A stretch of 64,000 nt of DNA, from assembly GCA_037927135.1 (NCBI GenBank), contig JAXSPP010000006.1, forward strand, positions 32,001-96,000. Direction: 5' to 3'. The notes beneath the pieces were generated by a model. It was given only the letters and a program-made list of their open reading frames with translations, made no database searches and was not told where the DNA came from. Numbering within the stretch: the first letter of the stretch is position 1; each line of letters starts with the position of its first letter. A program made the translations under genes and the position numbers. The stretch is from Candidatus Pampinifervens sinense (GTDB lineage Bacteria; Aquificota; Aquificia; Aquificales; Aquificaceae). Below are positions 45,757 to 56,300 of this stretch, piece after piece.

Positions 45757-47856
45757 CTAAAAGCTGTAAGTTAGCCTCACAAGGAAGGTCCTCGGTGGTG
45801 CAGGAGTGTATCTCTTTACACCGCTTGTGTCCTTTGTAACCTCGTTGGCATATTTTTTATCAAAGAGATTGCTGACCATAATAGAAAGGTCTAAGTTTTT
45901 CCTCTCATATCCTACTGTGGCACTCGTTAAAAACTCATAACCTTTATACTTTTCGCTGTTGGCGTTGTCTATATAGTACTCTCCCCATGTGTCAGCCTGC
46001 ACCAAAAGTCTAAAGCCTGAAGGATGCCTGTAGGAGAAAAACAGTGAATACTGATGCATAGGTATGTAGGGTAGTCTATTCCCATTCCTGCTTACATTCA
46101 CACTTTGGTTTCCTACCCTTACTATCTCAGAAAACTCCTTGAACTTGTAGTCTGAGTAGGCATAAGAGAGTCCAAGGCTAAGGTTTTCAAAGACTTCGTA
46201 AGATGCGAAAATTTCAAGGCCTTTCTTTTCCGTCTTTCCAGCGTTTGTAAACTGCGTGTACCCATCGGGTTGTATAACCCTTACCACCTCATCTTTTACA
46301 TGCATCAGGTAAAGGGCTGTATCCAAGGAAAGCTTTTTGTGCCTTATCTTAAGGCCTGTCTCATAGTTTATAACCTTTGTAAGCCTTAGGTTTGGATTGG
46401 AAGAAAGCTCACCGCTGGAAGGTGTGTTCGCTCCCGTTGCCACCGTTGCATAGAGGTTTATCCAAGGCACAAGCCTATAAAGCAGGCCCACCCTCGGGCT
46501 TATCACCGTATAAGTCTTCTCCCTTTTGTAAGAAAAACAGTTTTCTATCTGTGAATTAGGACAGGAAACATAGTTGCCAGCAGAAAAGGAATAGTCTCCC
46601 CACTTATACCCGCTTATATCAAACTTTACCCTGTCTGCCCTTACACCTATATCCAATATCCATTTGTCCCTTTGAAAAGACTCCTGAAGGAACACACCCA
46701 TAAGGGTGGTCTTTTGATTTTGCCTTTCCAACATGTCTCCTTTTTTATCCGAAAGGGTGCTAACTATCCTACCGCTTACAACCTTAACATCCTTGTACTT
46801 AAAGTAATCTGTATCTTGATCATCCTGTCTTATTGTGATGCCTCCAGTAAGTATACCAAGGCTGTGTCTGTAGTTTGCTTGAAGGTCAAAGCCGTATATC
46901 CATGTGTTTGCCTCATTAATCCTGCCTATCACAGGGTGGTAGTGTTGCCAATGGTTTAGGTATACCAAGGGTATAAACTCTAGGCTTCCTACACTTTTTG
47001 TAAGCTTTGAACTAAAGAAGAAGATCTCTGAATATCTTCCCATGTGCTTCCAAGGGTCTGCCGTTTGAGGTGCCCTTCCAGTGCTTAAAAACTGGGACCA
47101 TTGGTCTATGTTCCTTTTTGGGTCTACCACAAGGGATCCAGGAAGCTGCAGGCTTGCCTTTGTGTAGCTTATATAGTTTTCCCATGTGTCTCCGTTTTCA
47201 AAAAGGTAAGAAGGCTGTAAGGTTATCTGGTTGGTCCAAAATTTGTTCCAAGGCCTCCAAGAGTTATCCGTCTGTCTCCTGCTTGCATTAAAACCAAGGT
47301 AAAAGCCCCCTCCTAAAGGGGCAGAGTAGTAAAGGTTATGGTTTTGAGAGTTAAAATCGCCAAAGCCAAGCTTTATAAAACCACCCTTCCTTTCAAAGGG
47401 ACTTCTTGTTATAACGTTTATCACACCACCCGCAGCATTCACACCCCATAGGGTAGAATTGGGCCCTTTTACCACCTCAACCCTCTCTATCAAAGAGGTG
47501 TCAACAAAGTCAAGCCTTGTAAGGCTGTCTGGATCTGTTATTGGAACGCCGTTTAGAAGCACCATTATCTCTCTGATTCCATAGGGAGCTTTGAGCCCCG
47601 CACCCCTTATTATCAGCCTTGTATCATAGCCTTGATTTCTTGAGCTTATATTAACCCCCGGGATTCCAGAGAGGGCATCTTGCAGATTGAACATGGGCTT
47701 TTGCTCTATCTTCTCCTTGCCCACCACAGTTATACTTGCAGGCACATCCTTTGCTTCCCTTTCTATCCTTGTGGCTGTAACGCTGACCTCTGGAAGTTCT
47801 TCTGAGAAGGCCATTCCCAAAAGTGCTATAAAGGCTAGCTTTAATTTGCCTACCAT
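45757..47856 (-). CDS. TonB-dependent outer membrane receptor
   Basis: TonB box EVSVTA, plug IERVEVVKGPNSTLWG, NLFDKKY, terminal Phe. Confidence 0.93.
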   Translation of the reverse strand: MVGKLKLAFIALLGMAFSEELPEVSVTATRIEREAKDVPASITVVGKEKIEQKPMFNLQDALSGIPGVNISSRNQGYDTRLIIRGAGLKAPYGIREIMVLLNGVPITDPDSLTRLDFVDTSLIERVEVVKGPNSTLWGVNAAGGVINVITRSPFERKGGFIKLGFGDFNSQNHNLYYSAPLGGGFYLGFNASRRQTDNSWRPWNKFWTNQITLQPSYLFENGDTWENYISYTKASLQLPGSLVVDPKRNIDQWSQFLSTGRAPQTADPWKHMGRYSEIFFFSSKLTKSVGSLEFIPLVYLNHWQHYHPVIGRINEANTWIYGFDLQANYRHSLGILTGGITIRQDDQDTDYFKYKDVKVVSGRIVSTLSDKKGDMLERQNQKTTLMGVFLQESFQRDKWILDIGVRADRVKFDISGYKWGDYSFSAGNYVSCPNSQIENCFSYKREKTYTVISPRVGLLYRLVPWINLYATVATGANTPSSGELSSNPNLRLTKVINYETGLKIRHKKLSLDTALYLMHVKDEVVRVIQPDGYTQFTNAGKTEKKGLEIFASYEVFENLSLGLSYAYSDYKFKEFSEIVRVGNQSVNVSRNGNRLPYIPMHQYSLFFSYRHPSGFRLLVQADTWGEYYIDNANSEKYKGYEFLTSATVGYERKNLDLSIMVSNLFDKKYANEVTKDTSGVKRYTPAPPRTFLVRLTYSF

Positions 47857-47962
47857 GTTCACTTCCTCCAAAAGATAATTTTAAAGTTATTATAACGAAA
47901 AGTTTAAGTCAATATTAACTAAAAAGACACTTGAAGATTTGAAGATCAGAAATAAATTCAAT

Positions 47963-48421
47963 ATGAGAAAAGTCATGGGAAGGCCCAATCTTTCAAAGGG
48001 TTTTACCCTTATTGAACTGCTTGTGGTTATTGCCATAATATCCATACTGGCTTCCTTAGCCATACCGCAGTATATGAGGTATCAAGAAAAGGCGAAGGTT
48101 GGATCCTATGCCCTACCGATAGCAAGGGCATGCTTGATGGATTATGTTATGTTTTGTATAGAAAATTCCGGAGCTATTCCTAACTTAAACAATTTGAGAA
48201 ACTGCTACAGTACTTTAGGAAATCAGAACTTTATAACGGCTGGTGGAGAGGTTACGCTTAACACCAACGACCTATTAGTACCATGCAATCCCGATGGATC
48301 CCCTGGTGATAATGCCACTGTTAGGGCCTATCTTTCCACCGCACCAGGATTTCAAGCTGTATGTTATATACCTCAAAGCTCACAAAGTATAAGATGCACA
48401 ATCGTAGCACGCACTCAATAA
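47963..48421 (+). CDS. Type IV pilin (major PilA-like)
   Basis: G|FTLIELLVVIAIISILASLAIPQY; C-terminal Cys residues. Confidence 0.85.
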   Translation: MRKVMGRPNLSKGFTLIELLVVIAIISILASLAIPQYMRYQEKAKVGSYALPIARACLMDYVMFCIENSGAIPNLNNLRNCYSTLGNQNFITAGGEVTLNTNDLLVPCNPDGSPGDNATVRAYLSTAPGFQAVCYIPQSSQSIRCTIVARTQ

Positions 48422-48801
48422 CTACTTTTTATTTCAGTCCTTATTACAACCCTTTCCAGACCATACCTTTTAAAAAGGTCAAGAAGACTAACCAAAGACT
48501 GCACCTTGGCCTCTCTATCGGCGGAAAGGCTTATTTTGGTGGAAGGACTAAGGCTTTTTAAAATATGCTCAAGCTCTTGCAAACTTACCCTTTTCCCTTC
48601 AAAGTATATCTCACCCTCCTTTGTAAGAACTATCTCAAGGCTTTTTAAGGCTTCTTCCTTTCCTTCCTTTACCTTAGGTAAATTTACAGGTATGACTCCT
48701 TGCACCATAAAGCTTGCGGTTATAAGCACTATGGTAAGAAGCACAAGCAGTATATCCACAAAGGGTATAACGTTTATTGAGCTAAACTCTTTATCCTCCA
48801 T
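48415..48801 (-). CDS. exbD: ExbD
   Basis: [17 protein letters not shown]. Confidence 0.92.
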   Translation of the reverse strand: MEDKEFSSINVIPFVDILLVLLTIVLITASFMVQGVIPVNLPKVKEGKEEALKSLEIVLTKEGEIYFEGKRVSLQELEHILKSLSPSTKISLSADREAKVQSLVSLLDLFKRYGLERVVIRTEIKSSY

Positions 48802-49216
48802 TTTCTATCTCCCACAGGCTTATCTTCTCTTTTACCTTTCTTAGAAGGTAGTTGTAAAGCACAGAGGAAGGGATGGCTACCAAAAGACCTAAGGCGGTGG
48901 CTTTTAGAGCCAAGGCAAGGCCTATCATAACCTTTTTTGTATCCACCAAGCCTTCCTGTCCAATGGTGTAAAAGGTAAGCATTATGCCAAGCACCGTTCC
49001 TAGAAGTCCAATGTATGGAGCGTTGGATGCTACAGAGGCTATTATAAATAGCCCTCTTGTTAAGTCTACTTCAATCTCTTGCTTGCTTCTGTAAGCTTTT
49101 AAATCTACCCTTTTTAGGTACATATACCTTTCAAGAGCGATGCCCATAGAGAGAAAGCTCAAAAGGACCAAAATACCCATAACTCCGTAGTCTACAGAGG
49201 TTTTTATCCAGTCCAT
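48791..49216 (-). CDS. exbB: ExbB (short type)
   Basis: [28 protein letters not shown]. Confidence 0.92.
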   Translation of the reverse strand: MDWIKTSVDYGVMGILVLLSFLSMGIALERYMYLKRVDLKAYRSKQEIEVDLTRGLFIIASVASNAPYIGLLGTVLGIMLTFYTIGQEGLVDTKKVMIGLALALKATALGLLVAIPSSVLYNYLLRKVKEKISLWEIENGG

Positions 49217-49260
49217 GGTGTTAATTTTAATATAAAGTTATGAGATTTTCAACAACCATC

Positions 49261-49719
49261 CTATTTTACATAAACTGCTTCTACCCTTGCAGTCTGTTGA
49301 TTAGGGCTTGGAGCCCCTGCAGGAAAGCGAGCTATAGATACAATTTTGAATACACCACCTTTTGAGGAAGCTGCTGCTGTTACTGGCTCCCTTGATGTAC
49401 CACTTATCTCTTGCCCTGTCAAAAATTGATCGCTTGCTATCCTACATATAATTATCTCTGTCCTGCCGATACCATCCCTACCAGTAATTCTAAAGTCCAG
49501 AAATAGCTGTTGGCAAGTTTGCCTTTGAGGTATATTGGTCATAGAAGCTGCATACCTTGCTCCTGCAGCGGCTGCTTCTCTCACAGATGTAAACGTCCTT
49601 ATCTCTTCTGTAGATTTAAAAAGCCTGTTTAGTGCTATGTATAAACCAGTTATAAAAGCGCTTATTAATAAGGCAAATATGAGAGCATTTACAAGAGCGA
49701 TACCAAGCTGCCATTTCAA
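49261..49719 (-). CDS. PilX-like minor pilin
   Basis: G|IALVNALIF (no Glu5), AAAAGARYA; TTG start overlapping the pilW-like stop. Confidence 0.65.
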   Translation of the reverse strand: MKWQLGIALVNALIFALLISAFITGLYIALNRLFKSTEEIRTFTSVREAAAAGARYAASMTNIPQRQTCQQLFLDFRITGRDGIGRTEIIICRIASDQFLTGQEISGTSREPVTAAASSKGGVFKIVSIARFPAGAPSPNQQTARVEAVYVK

Positions 49720-50606
49720 TGTAAATTTGGCATAAATATGTCCATTTCTACCTTGCCCCATTTTCTATTCCTCCATGTGTTTTGTATATTTGGGTTCAAT
49801 TGCGTTAGCCTTCCACCTCCACAAGCATCTGTATACTCCGGTTCTGTATTGGTACCTGTAGCGGGTGCAGACTCTGAAAGTTGAACCATCATACATAGCC
49901 TAATACCCCTAAGCTGGTCATACGGACAAGGAGTATCAAAAGCTTCTATTTCATTATTTTGGTCTACGCAAAGATACCTAAATCTCAAATGAGCTACGCA
50001 TTGTATTATCTCTGCAGGTGTCCCATTCATATCAAGCATTAGTCTTTGGGTGCCATTTAAGCATTGGGGTGAAAGGTTTTGACTATCTAAGTAAAGTCTT
50101 AAATTAACTGGATCATTTCTAAAAGCAAGACAGTTGCTTTGGCAGTTTAAGCTTTTATCTATCATGCTTATCCTTATAGGATAGCTACCAGGATCTGTTG
50201 GACAGTTCCTTAGAGTGGTAAAAGAGACTGGCATTATATCATCGCTACCTTCGCTTAGTTTAAAGTTTCCATTGCTATCTATATAACCCCAGCAGCCAGC
50301 CATTGTATTCTGAGATGCTACCCTTGTAAGGATTTCTAACCTTTGGTTGTTATTTATAAGATTTATAACATTCCCACTTCCATAGTTTAGCTTGCTATTA
50401 TCTATTCCAAAGCCAGCAGAGGAAAGAAGTTTTGCCAGATTATCCATAACAAAGTTTAGCTGGGCCTGGCTTTTCACAACGGTGCTTCTTTCTGCTACAT
50501 TACCTATGAGGCTTCTATAAAGTGCTATCAGACCCCCAGCCAGTATTAAACTCAAAACCATCACAATTAAAAGTTCAACCAACGTAAAACCTCTTTCCTT
50601 CCTCAT
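49716..50606 (-). CDS. PilW-like minor pilin
   Basis: G|FTLVELLIVM, SAGFG. Confidence 0.75.
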   Translation of the reverse strand: MRKERGFTLVELLIVMVLSLILAGGLIALYRSLIGNVAERSTVVKSQAQLNFVMDNLAKLLSSAGFGIDNSKLNYGSGNVINLINNNQRLEILTRVASQNTMAGCWGYIDSNGNFKLSEGSDDIMPVSFTTLRNCPTDPGSYPIRISMIDKSLNCQSNCLAFRNDPVNLRLYLDSQNLSPQCLNGTQRLMLDMNGTPAEIIQCVAHLRFRYLCVDQNNEIEAFDTPCPYDQLRGIRLCMMVQLSESAPATGTNTEPEYTDACGGGRLTQLNPNIQNTWRNRKWGKVEMDIFMPNLH

Positions 50607-51553
50607 GGTAGACCCTGCCTTTCCTTAAACACCACCTTTGTAAAAGCCCTATATCTTTTATCTATTGGGTCAAAATACCAAGCTATTATACCTATAGCCT
50701 TCCCAAGTGGGTTCGTAGGAGATCTTAAATCAAAGTAGTTTATAATCGTTATACCCACATACACCTTATTGCCGGGTGCAGAGCTCCAAGAAACGCCTCC
50801 TCTCCTACTTACCTCATAGGTGCATTTTAATCCTCCAAGGCAGTTTTTATCAATTCTAAAATTCCAAGAGCCATCCCAGCTCGTCCATCCGCTTCCTATT
50901 CTACAATCTGTTCTACAATGGCCAAGTCTACAAGCGCAATCGTCAGATCCTTGCCCCCAATCTGGTAAAAGCCTAAGGTGGCCAGCTAAATACCATGAGG
51001 GAAATCTATATTTCATATTTTCTTCATTACAATTTGATTCGCCCTCCCTACAGTTGTTATTCCCATGGTATGGGTCTATAAGTGCAACTATGCCATCATC
51101 ATCCGAATCGTAGACCTTAAAGCCGTAAGGTGCATAGCCTGGTTCAAAAAAGGCGCAGTAGAAACAATGTTGGTCTGTCTGGGGATTGCATATGGGTGGC
51201 TCCTGACCGGAGTTTATTGTCCAGTTTCTCCAGTCTCTTGCTTGTATGCTACAAAAGGCCCTGTTATACGCACAATCATAACAATAAAGAGCATTGCCTC
51301 CTGCCATCGGTGGATCTTCATTGTTTTCACCAGGGCTTATTATCCAACTATCATATGGAAGCGCTTCTATAAAGGACGCCCAGCTTTCAACCACCTGTGC
51401 TGCTGTCTGTCTTGCCTTTATCCTCATATCAAGCCTTATAAGCTCCAAAACGCCTTTTGCTAAAGCTATACCCAAGAAGAGTATGATTATCATTGCTACA
51501 AGAAGCTCTATGATGGTAAAACCTTTTTTGTGTTTTAAAACCCTTGTGGACAT
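50603..51553 (-). CDS. PilV-like minor pilin with large Cys-rich insertion
   Basis: G|FTIIELLVAM; position in cluster; 14 Cys. Confidence 0.7.
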   Translation of the reverse strand: MSTRVLKHKKGFTIIELLVAMIIILFLGIALAKGVLELIRLDMRIKARQTAAQVVESWASFIEALPYDSWIISPGENNEDPPMAGGNALYCYDCAYNRAFCSIQARDWRNWTINSGQEPPICNPQTDQHCFYCAFFEPGYAPYGFKVYDSDDDGIVALIDPYHGNNNCREGESNCNEENMKYRFPSWYLAGHLRLLPDWGQGSDDCACRLGHCRTDCRIGSGWTSWDGSWNFRIDKNCLGGLKCTYEVSRRGGVSWSSAPGNKVYVGITIINYFDLRSPTNPLGKAIGIIAWYFDPIDKRYRAFTKVVFKERQGLP

Positions 51554-52020
51554 TCTTCACCCTCCAATACCCTTATCCTTCCATACCGGTTAATGCATAT
51601 AGTTTTGGACTTATTCAAAGGCTGTGAGTGAAGGACTATCCTATCCATACCAAGGCCACATATAGCATTTCTTGGATAACCTACCCTATCAAATATTATC
51701 AATGTATCTTTGTTTGAGACCACACCTTCAGGAAGGTTAAAAGTTTCTATGTTGTTTCTGTTGGCGCAATTATTGTCTACTCTAAACCTTATTATTTGGT
51801 TGGATCCATTTCTAAACTCTAACCCCAGCATAAAATCCCTACTACTGGACATTCTTCTTGTTTCTTCCAGGTACTGAACAACGGAGTTTACAGCCTCTCT
51901 TAGCCTAGCTTCGTTTCTCTGATTTATGAGATACCTGATGGACAAACCCATAAGTATGGATATGATGGCGATAACTACAGCAACCTCTATTAAAGTGTAG
52001 CCCTTTACTTTTCTATCCAT
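51535..52020 (-). CDS. FimT/FimU-like minor pilin
   Basis: G|YTLIEVAVVIAI, IFDRVG, INRYGRI. Confidence 0.78.
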   Translation of the reverse strand: MDRKVKGYTLIEVAVVIAIISILMGLSIRYLINQRNEARLREAVNSVVQYLEETRRMSSSRDFMLGLEFRNGSNQIIRFRVDNNCANRNNIETFNLPEGVVSNKDTLIIFDRVGYPRNAICGLGMDRIVLHSQPLNKSKTICINRYGRIRVLEGEECPQGF

Positions 52021-55000
52021 AGCACAAACCTTCCTGGCTTTCTTTGTCCCTGGAATTGAATGTTTATGAGCCCTCCGAGGCTGGTCTGCGCGATTATCCT
52101 ATCTCCTTGTGGAGTAGATACATATCTAAAAGCCTCTCCTAAAGGTGGTGCTCCATAGCCAGCAAACACTGAATATTTAAGCGTATTGCCGGAAGTGTTG
52201 CCAACTGTAGCAAGAGGTGGATTAGCGGGTGGCAAGCCCGTTTTGTAATTTAACGCCGCTATATAGGTTTCTCCTACTGGAGTGCATATATCTTGGCTTG
52301 GCTTGAAGTATATACTAAGGACGGTTCCAAAGGCTACTAAAGGTCTTGAATGGGACAAAGCTGGGGAGTCAAACTTGTAGTACCATCCCTTTTTACCAGC
52401 TTGGAGCTTGCATTGGTCCACTTGAGAGTTTGTGGATATTACTACATCCTTTTGAGAACAACCGTTTTGATCACAGCTACACATCTTTTTAGTTTGTGAG
52501 GATGTAAAGTTAAGAACAGTGGAGTTGCAATTGCTATAACCACTTATACTGTTAGCATCCGCCAGGTCGTTTTTTGATACTGTGATTGAGCATGTAGGAT
52601 CAAAATACTTTCCTGCAGGATTCCAGCATGGGTCCATGAAGCCTATTAGATAGTTGTCATATGGAATCTGATTATGTCTTGGAGACAGATACAGACCAGT
52701 ATTCACATAGACCCAAAGGTTTTGGTTTTCATCCTTTGTAGCGGAAACTGCGGCAAAAACGGGAGGGGTATGATTGCCTGTTCTGAAAGAGTCCAAGTCA
52801 AGCACCTTTTTTATATCGCTTATGGTAATCTGGTCTGGCCTTCTGTATGTATTTGGTCCCACTTTGAGAGCTATTCTAAACAGGCCACCCCAGCTCCTAT
52901 TGTTATTATCATAACCATACATACCAAAATAGACCACATCATCCTGATAATCACCATCTATGTCAAACTCCATAAGGTCTCCCACCGCAGCCCTTGTATT
53001 TGGTGGAATAAGAGGGCTCAGATCTATCTTCTTAAGAATCTGTCCGTTAGATGGGTCTATTATGTATAGCTTAGGATTGGATAAGAACTTATCATAAGAA
53101 TCTGCATATGGGTCTTTTGGTCCAGAGCCTGTTATAAAATACCAATATCCGTTTTTGTTTCTGTCTCCTATTCTAACCCTTGCAGGGTAAGCTGTGGTAA
53201 GGGCACCATCTTCTAAAGTTATCTCCCATACTACCTTAGGCTTTTGACCAGTGGCCATATAATCGGTTATGTCTATAAGCATCATGGAGGATGAAGCTAT
53301 GGTGTTTCCATTACTATCGGTCAATCTCTTACCACCAAGACCCATTGGAACAAAAAGGTATGTTCTCCAGCTATTTATATCTTTATTTGCTTCTGGATTA
53401 TAGCCTGGATAAAAAGTGGCATCAAAGGCATCAAGCCTGTAATCTAAAATGGGTATGTATCCGCCCGCGGAGCAATAGTCTTTATGTCCATACCAAAGCA
53501 TGTAAGGCAAAGCATTTTTGGGAATGAGGGCATACTCTTCACTACCTACTTGGTCCTGGTTTTCTGTATCTGGGCTGTTTGTTATTTTAATGGGTTGCCA
53601 GGAGTTTCCAGTCTCTTTTAGAAAGCCTATTCTGAAGAAGTGTATCATGCCTTGGCCTGTGCTAACAAAGGCTATAGATCTTCTATTTTTATACGCAGGT
53701 TGGTTTACAAAGTTCTCATAGGTACTATCTCCATAGGTTATTATGTATTTGCTTATAAGTGGTTCATTGCTTGCTACAGTTGGTGTGGAGTATACTATGG
53801 GGCCTAGTTTCCAAGGCACATCAGATCCTGACGAATATCCAGGGCAAATTTTTGAGATATTATCTAACTCCCTTTCCCTACGCACATATAATACTGGGTG
53901 GTTCTCGTTATACTTTTGTCCTCTATGATATTGTATTACATCACTGCACTGTTGATCTGTTAAGCTCATATCTATGCTTGTCCACCCATTGAGGCAACCT
54001 TCACTGGATATAAAGTCTCTTAGTTGGTTGCTATTGTTCAAATAAAGTATGTTTCTACTATCCTCATCTGTAAGTGCAAGCTTGCAGTCAAAATCTATAG
54101 TTGGGATTAGTTCTTCAAGTAGATATTTCTCTTGGTAATTTGTACATGCGTTTGGATTTTGATCTGGGTCATCGTTGAAAACAGCCGCTTTTGGCTGATG
54201 CTCTTCGTCGAAGAATATCCTAAATATCTTATCAATAGCGTTTCCAAAGATGGTAAGGATCTTATCCCTGATTGAATCTTCTCTAAAGTTTCCTAAGCTA
54301 TCTATCCAATATCCTCTAAATATACCAAGCCACTTTATTGAATTAAATTCGGGATGAAATCCTGGCTGGATAACCACTGCAGAAGACTGATATCTGGAAG
54401 ACAATGTGGCCACAGTGGCACCAGAAGAAGCTCTTTTGAGTATGTCGGCGAAGGCGGAAAGAAGGGCGCTCTTTAAGCTTTCAGCATCATCTGCTTCATA
54501 AAAGTTGTAAGGGAGGCCCTTAGGTGGTTGGGCTGTATCCCATTCGGCGCACTTGGGATCCCAAGAACTATTAGGATTACACTGGGGAAGTGGGTATTGA
54601 ACTCCTCTGCTATTACAGTAAGTTTGAGTTGGTGTTTGTATATTTGTACAGTAGGTTCCACTGCCATTAGGATACTGGATACCTGTAAAGGGGAAGGGCC
54701 ATGTATTGTTATCTTTGTCCTCAAAGCCGCCAAAGATGGCGGTAGTTATCATCGCTTGTCTTCCTTGAAGTTTTGTATTAGGGTCCAAATCGCCAAAAGC
54801 ATAAACTGCATAGGTGTAAACATTTTGCTTTCCGGGTAGGTCGCTTCTGAGGTCCTGCGTTGCCATAATACGGGCAGGCACTACTGGGTCCACATTCCCA
54901 TTCCAAGCACCGTCAGAGAGCAGGAGAACAAAGCTCTTCCTGCAGGGTACTGCGTAAGAATTTTGACCAGAACCATCGTAGTATGGGTCCGTATTGCCAT

Positions 55001-55943
55001 TACCCCTACCAATATAGGCAGTATTTTCTTCATAGTTATTGTCATTGCTTTGCTTATAAAAGTCATAGGCTTCCCACAGGGCCTCACCAGTGGGTGTGTC
55101 ATAATATGGAAGCTCATTGTTTATGGCGTTTATCAGTTGAGATATTGTAGCCTGTTTCCCGACCTTTATTTCTCCATATCTCCCGTCACCTGCAAAAACC
55201 ATAAACTCCATTATGAGCTGGCATTTTTCATTGATCTGTCCGTTTAAGTTTGAAGTATCACAGAAGGAGTGAATAATTCCTCTAATAGAAGATGGGTCTG
55301 AGGGTCTTATTCGAAGCTGTGCGTTGTTTATAGCGTTGTTTCCAAGGGGACAAGTTCCATTGTAGTTTCTTATTGTTAAACTTCTGTTGCTGGGTTGGCC
55401 GGCGGTTATTTGGAATTGGCATTTGAGGTTTGAGTCATATATAGTGTATATGGCTCCTTCGCTTATAAGAAATGTGTTGCCTTGAGAGGAGCTTGACCTT
55501 CCGCCAGTCAAAACCCAACGGGCTATATCAATCCTTGTGGCACTTATCCAGTTTAAAAGGTTTCCAGAGATGCAGGAGGAGGTGCCGATCTTGTTAGAAC
55601 AATCACAGTTTGCTTCTACAAAGTTTGATCCTGAATAACTATAGCATTTATTTGGATTAAAGTATCCCGAGTAAATCTTGTTAGTGTCATACTTAGCAGG
55701 AGATGAGGAGGTTATATAAGAAGTTCCACAGTTTGCCGTTTTTTGCTGAGTATATCTCAAAAAATCACATGGCACATAGGCTGGAAATTGCATGGATCCA
55801 GAGAAATCCATAACTATAAGAACGTTGGGCTTTACTGCGTTTGATATAAAAGGTGGTACATAACAGTAATCAGACATTTGGGCTGGCTTTGTCTGCGTGA
55901 AAGCCAAAAGTAAGATAACTATCAAAAACAGCACTTTTCTCAT
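52005..55943 (-). CDS. pilY1: PilY1/PilC pilus tip adhesin
   Basis: Signal peptide, KPNVLIVMDFSGSM vWA motif, WKLGPIVYSTP, DIDGDYQDD Ca loop. Confidence 0.85.
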   Translation of the reverse strand: MRKVLFLIVILLLAFTQTKPAQMSDYCYVPPFISNAVKPNVLIVMDFSGSMQFPAYVPCDFLRYTQQKTANCGTSYITSSSPAKYDTNKIYSGYFNPNKCYSYSGSNFVEANCDCSNKIGTSSCISGNLLNWISATRIDIARWVLTGGRSSSSQGNTFLISEGAIYTIYDSNLKCQFQITAGQPSNRSLTIRNYNGTCPLGNNAINNAQLRIRPSDPSSIRGIIHSFCDTSNLNGQINEKCQLIMEFMVFAGDGRYGEIKVGKQATISQLINAINNELPYYDTPTGEALWEAYDFYKQSNDNNYEENTAYIGRGNGNTDPYYDGSGQNSYAVPCRKSFVLLLSDGAWNGNVDPVVPARIMATQDLRSDLPGKQNVYTYAVYAFGDLDPNTKLQGRQAMITTAIFGGFEDKDNNTWPFPFTGIQYPNGSGTYCTNIQTPTQTYCNSRGVQYPLPQCNPNSSWDPKCAEWDTAQPPKGLPYNFYEADDAESLKSALLSAFADILKRASSGATVATLSSRYQSSAVVIQPGFHPEFNSIKWLGIFRGYWIDSLGNFREDSIRDKILTIFGNAIDKIFRIFFDEEHQPKAAVFNDDPDQNPNACTNYQEKYLLEELIPTIDFDCKLALTDEDSRNILYLNNSNQLRDFISSEGCLNGWTSIDMSLTDQQCSDVIQYHRGQKYNENHPVLYVRRERELDNISKICPGYSSGSDVPWKLGPIVYSTPTVASNEPLISKYIITYGDSTYENFVNQPAYKNRRSIAFVSTGQGMIHFFRIGFLKETGNSWQPIKITNSPDTENQDQVGSEEYALIPKNALPYMLWYGHKDYCSAGGYIPILDYRLDAFDATFYPGYNPEANKDINSWRTYLFVPMGLGGKRLTDSNGNTIASSSMMLIDITDYMATGQKPKVVWEITLEDGALTTAYPARVRIGDRNKNGYWYFITGSGPKDPYADSYDKFLSNPKLYIIDPSNGQILKKIDLSPLIPPNTRAAVGDLMEFDIDGDYQDDVVYFGMYGYDNNNRSWGGLFRIALKVGPNTYRRPDQITISDIKKVLDLDSFRTGNHTPPVFAAVSATKDENQNLWVYVNTGLYLSPRHNQIPYDNYLIGFMDPCWNPAGKYFDPTCSITVSKNDLADANSISGYSNCNSTVLNFTSSQTKKMCSCDQNGCSQKDVVISTNSQVDQCKLQAGKKGWYYKFDSPALSHSRPLVAFGTVLSIYFKPSQDICTPVGETYIAALNYKTGLPPANPPLATVGNTSGNTLKYSVFAGYGAPPLGEAFRYVSTPQGDRIIAQTSLGGLINIQFQGQRKPGRFVLWIEK

Positions 55944-55953
55944 GGTGCCCACC

Positions 55954-56214
55954 TCATATCCACCACTCTAGAACTTTTATAAATATGACCTTTCCCCTTT
56001 TATCAAACTCAAGCCTTATAGTCTTTGCAGAGGGAAGGCTCTCTAAGGTAAGCTCCTGACCTGAGGGTCCTTCTATCTTAACGTCCTTTGAAATTGTATA
56101 CTCTTTTTTGTTAACCATTATAATATCACCCTTTACCTCTATTTGCACATCTCTAAGTTCTAAGGCCAACGACAAGCTTACCAATAAAAGCCCCACAATT
56201 AAGACCTTTCTCAT
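55954..56214 (-). CDS. Small exported hypothetical protein (possibly PilY2-like)
   Basis: AGGAGG SD, signal peptide, first gene before pilY1. Confidence 0.6.
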   Translation of the reverse strand: MRKVLIVGLLLVSLSLALELRDVQIEVKGDIIMVNKKEYTISKDVKIEGPSGQELTLESLPSAKTIRLEFDKRGKVIFIKVLEWWI

Positions 56215-56300
56215 CTTCTTCCTCCTCTTACTTTCTATTATTTTCCTATCTTTCTATGTTTACGTGATGTTTTTGTGAAGCCATGCTATATTTATATAAG

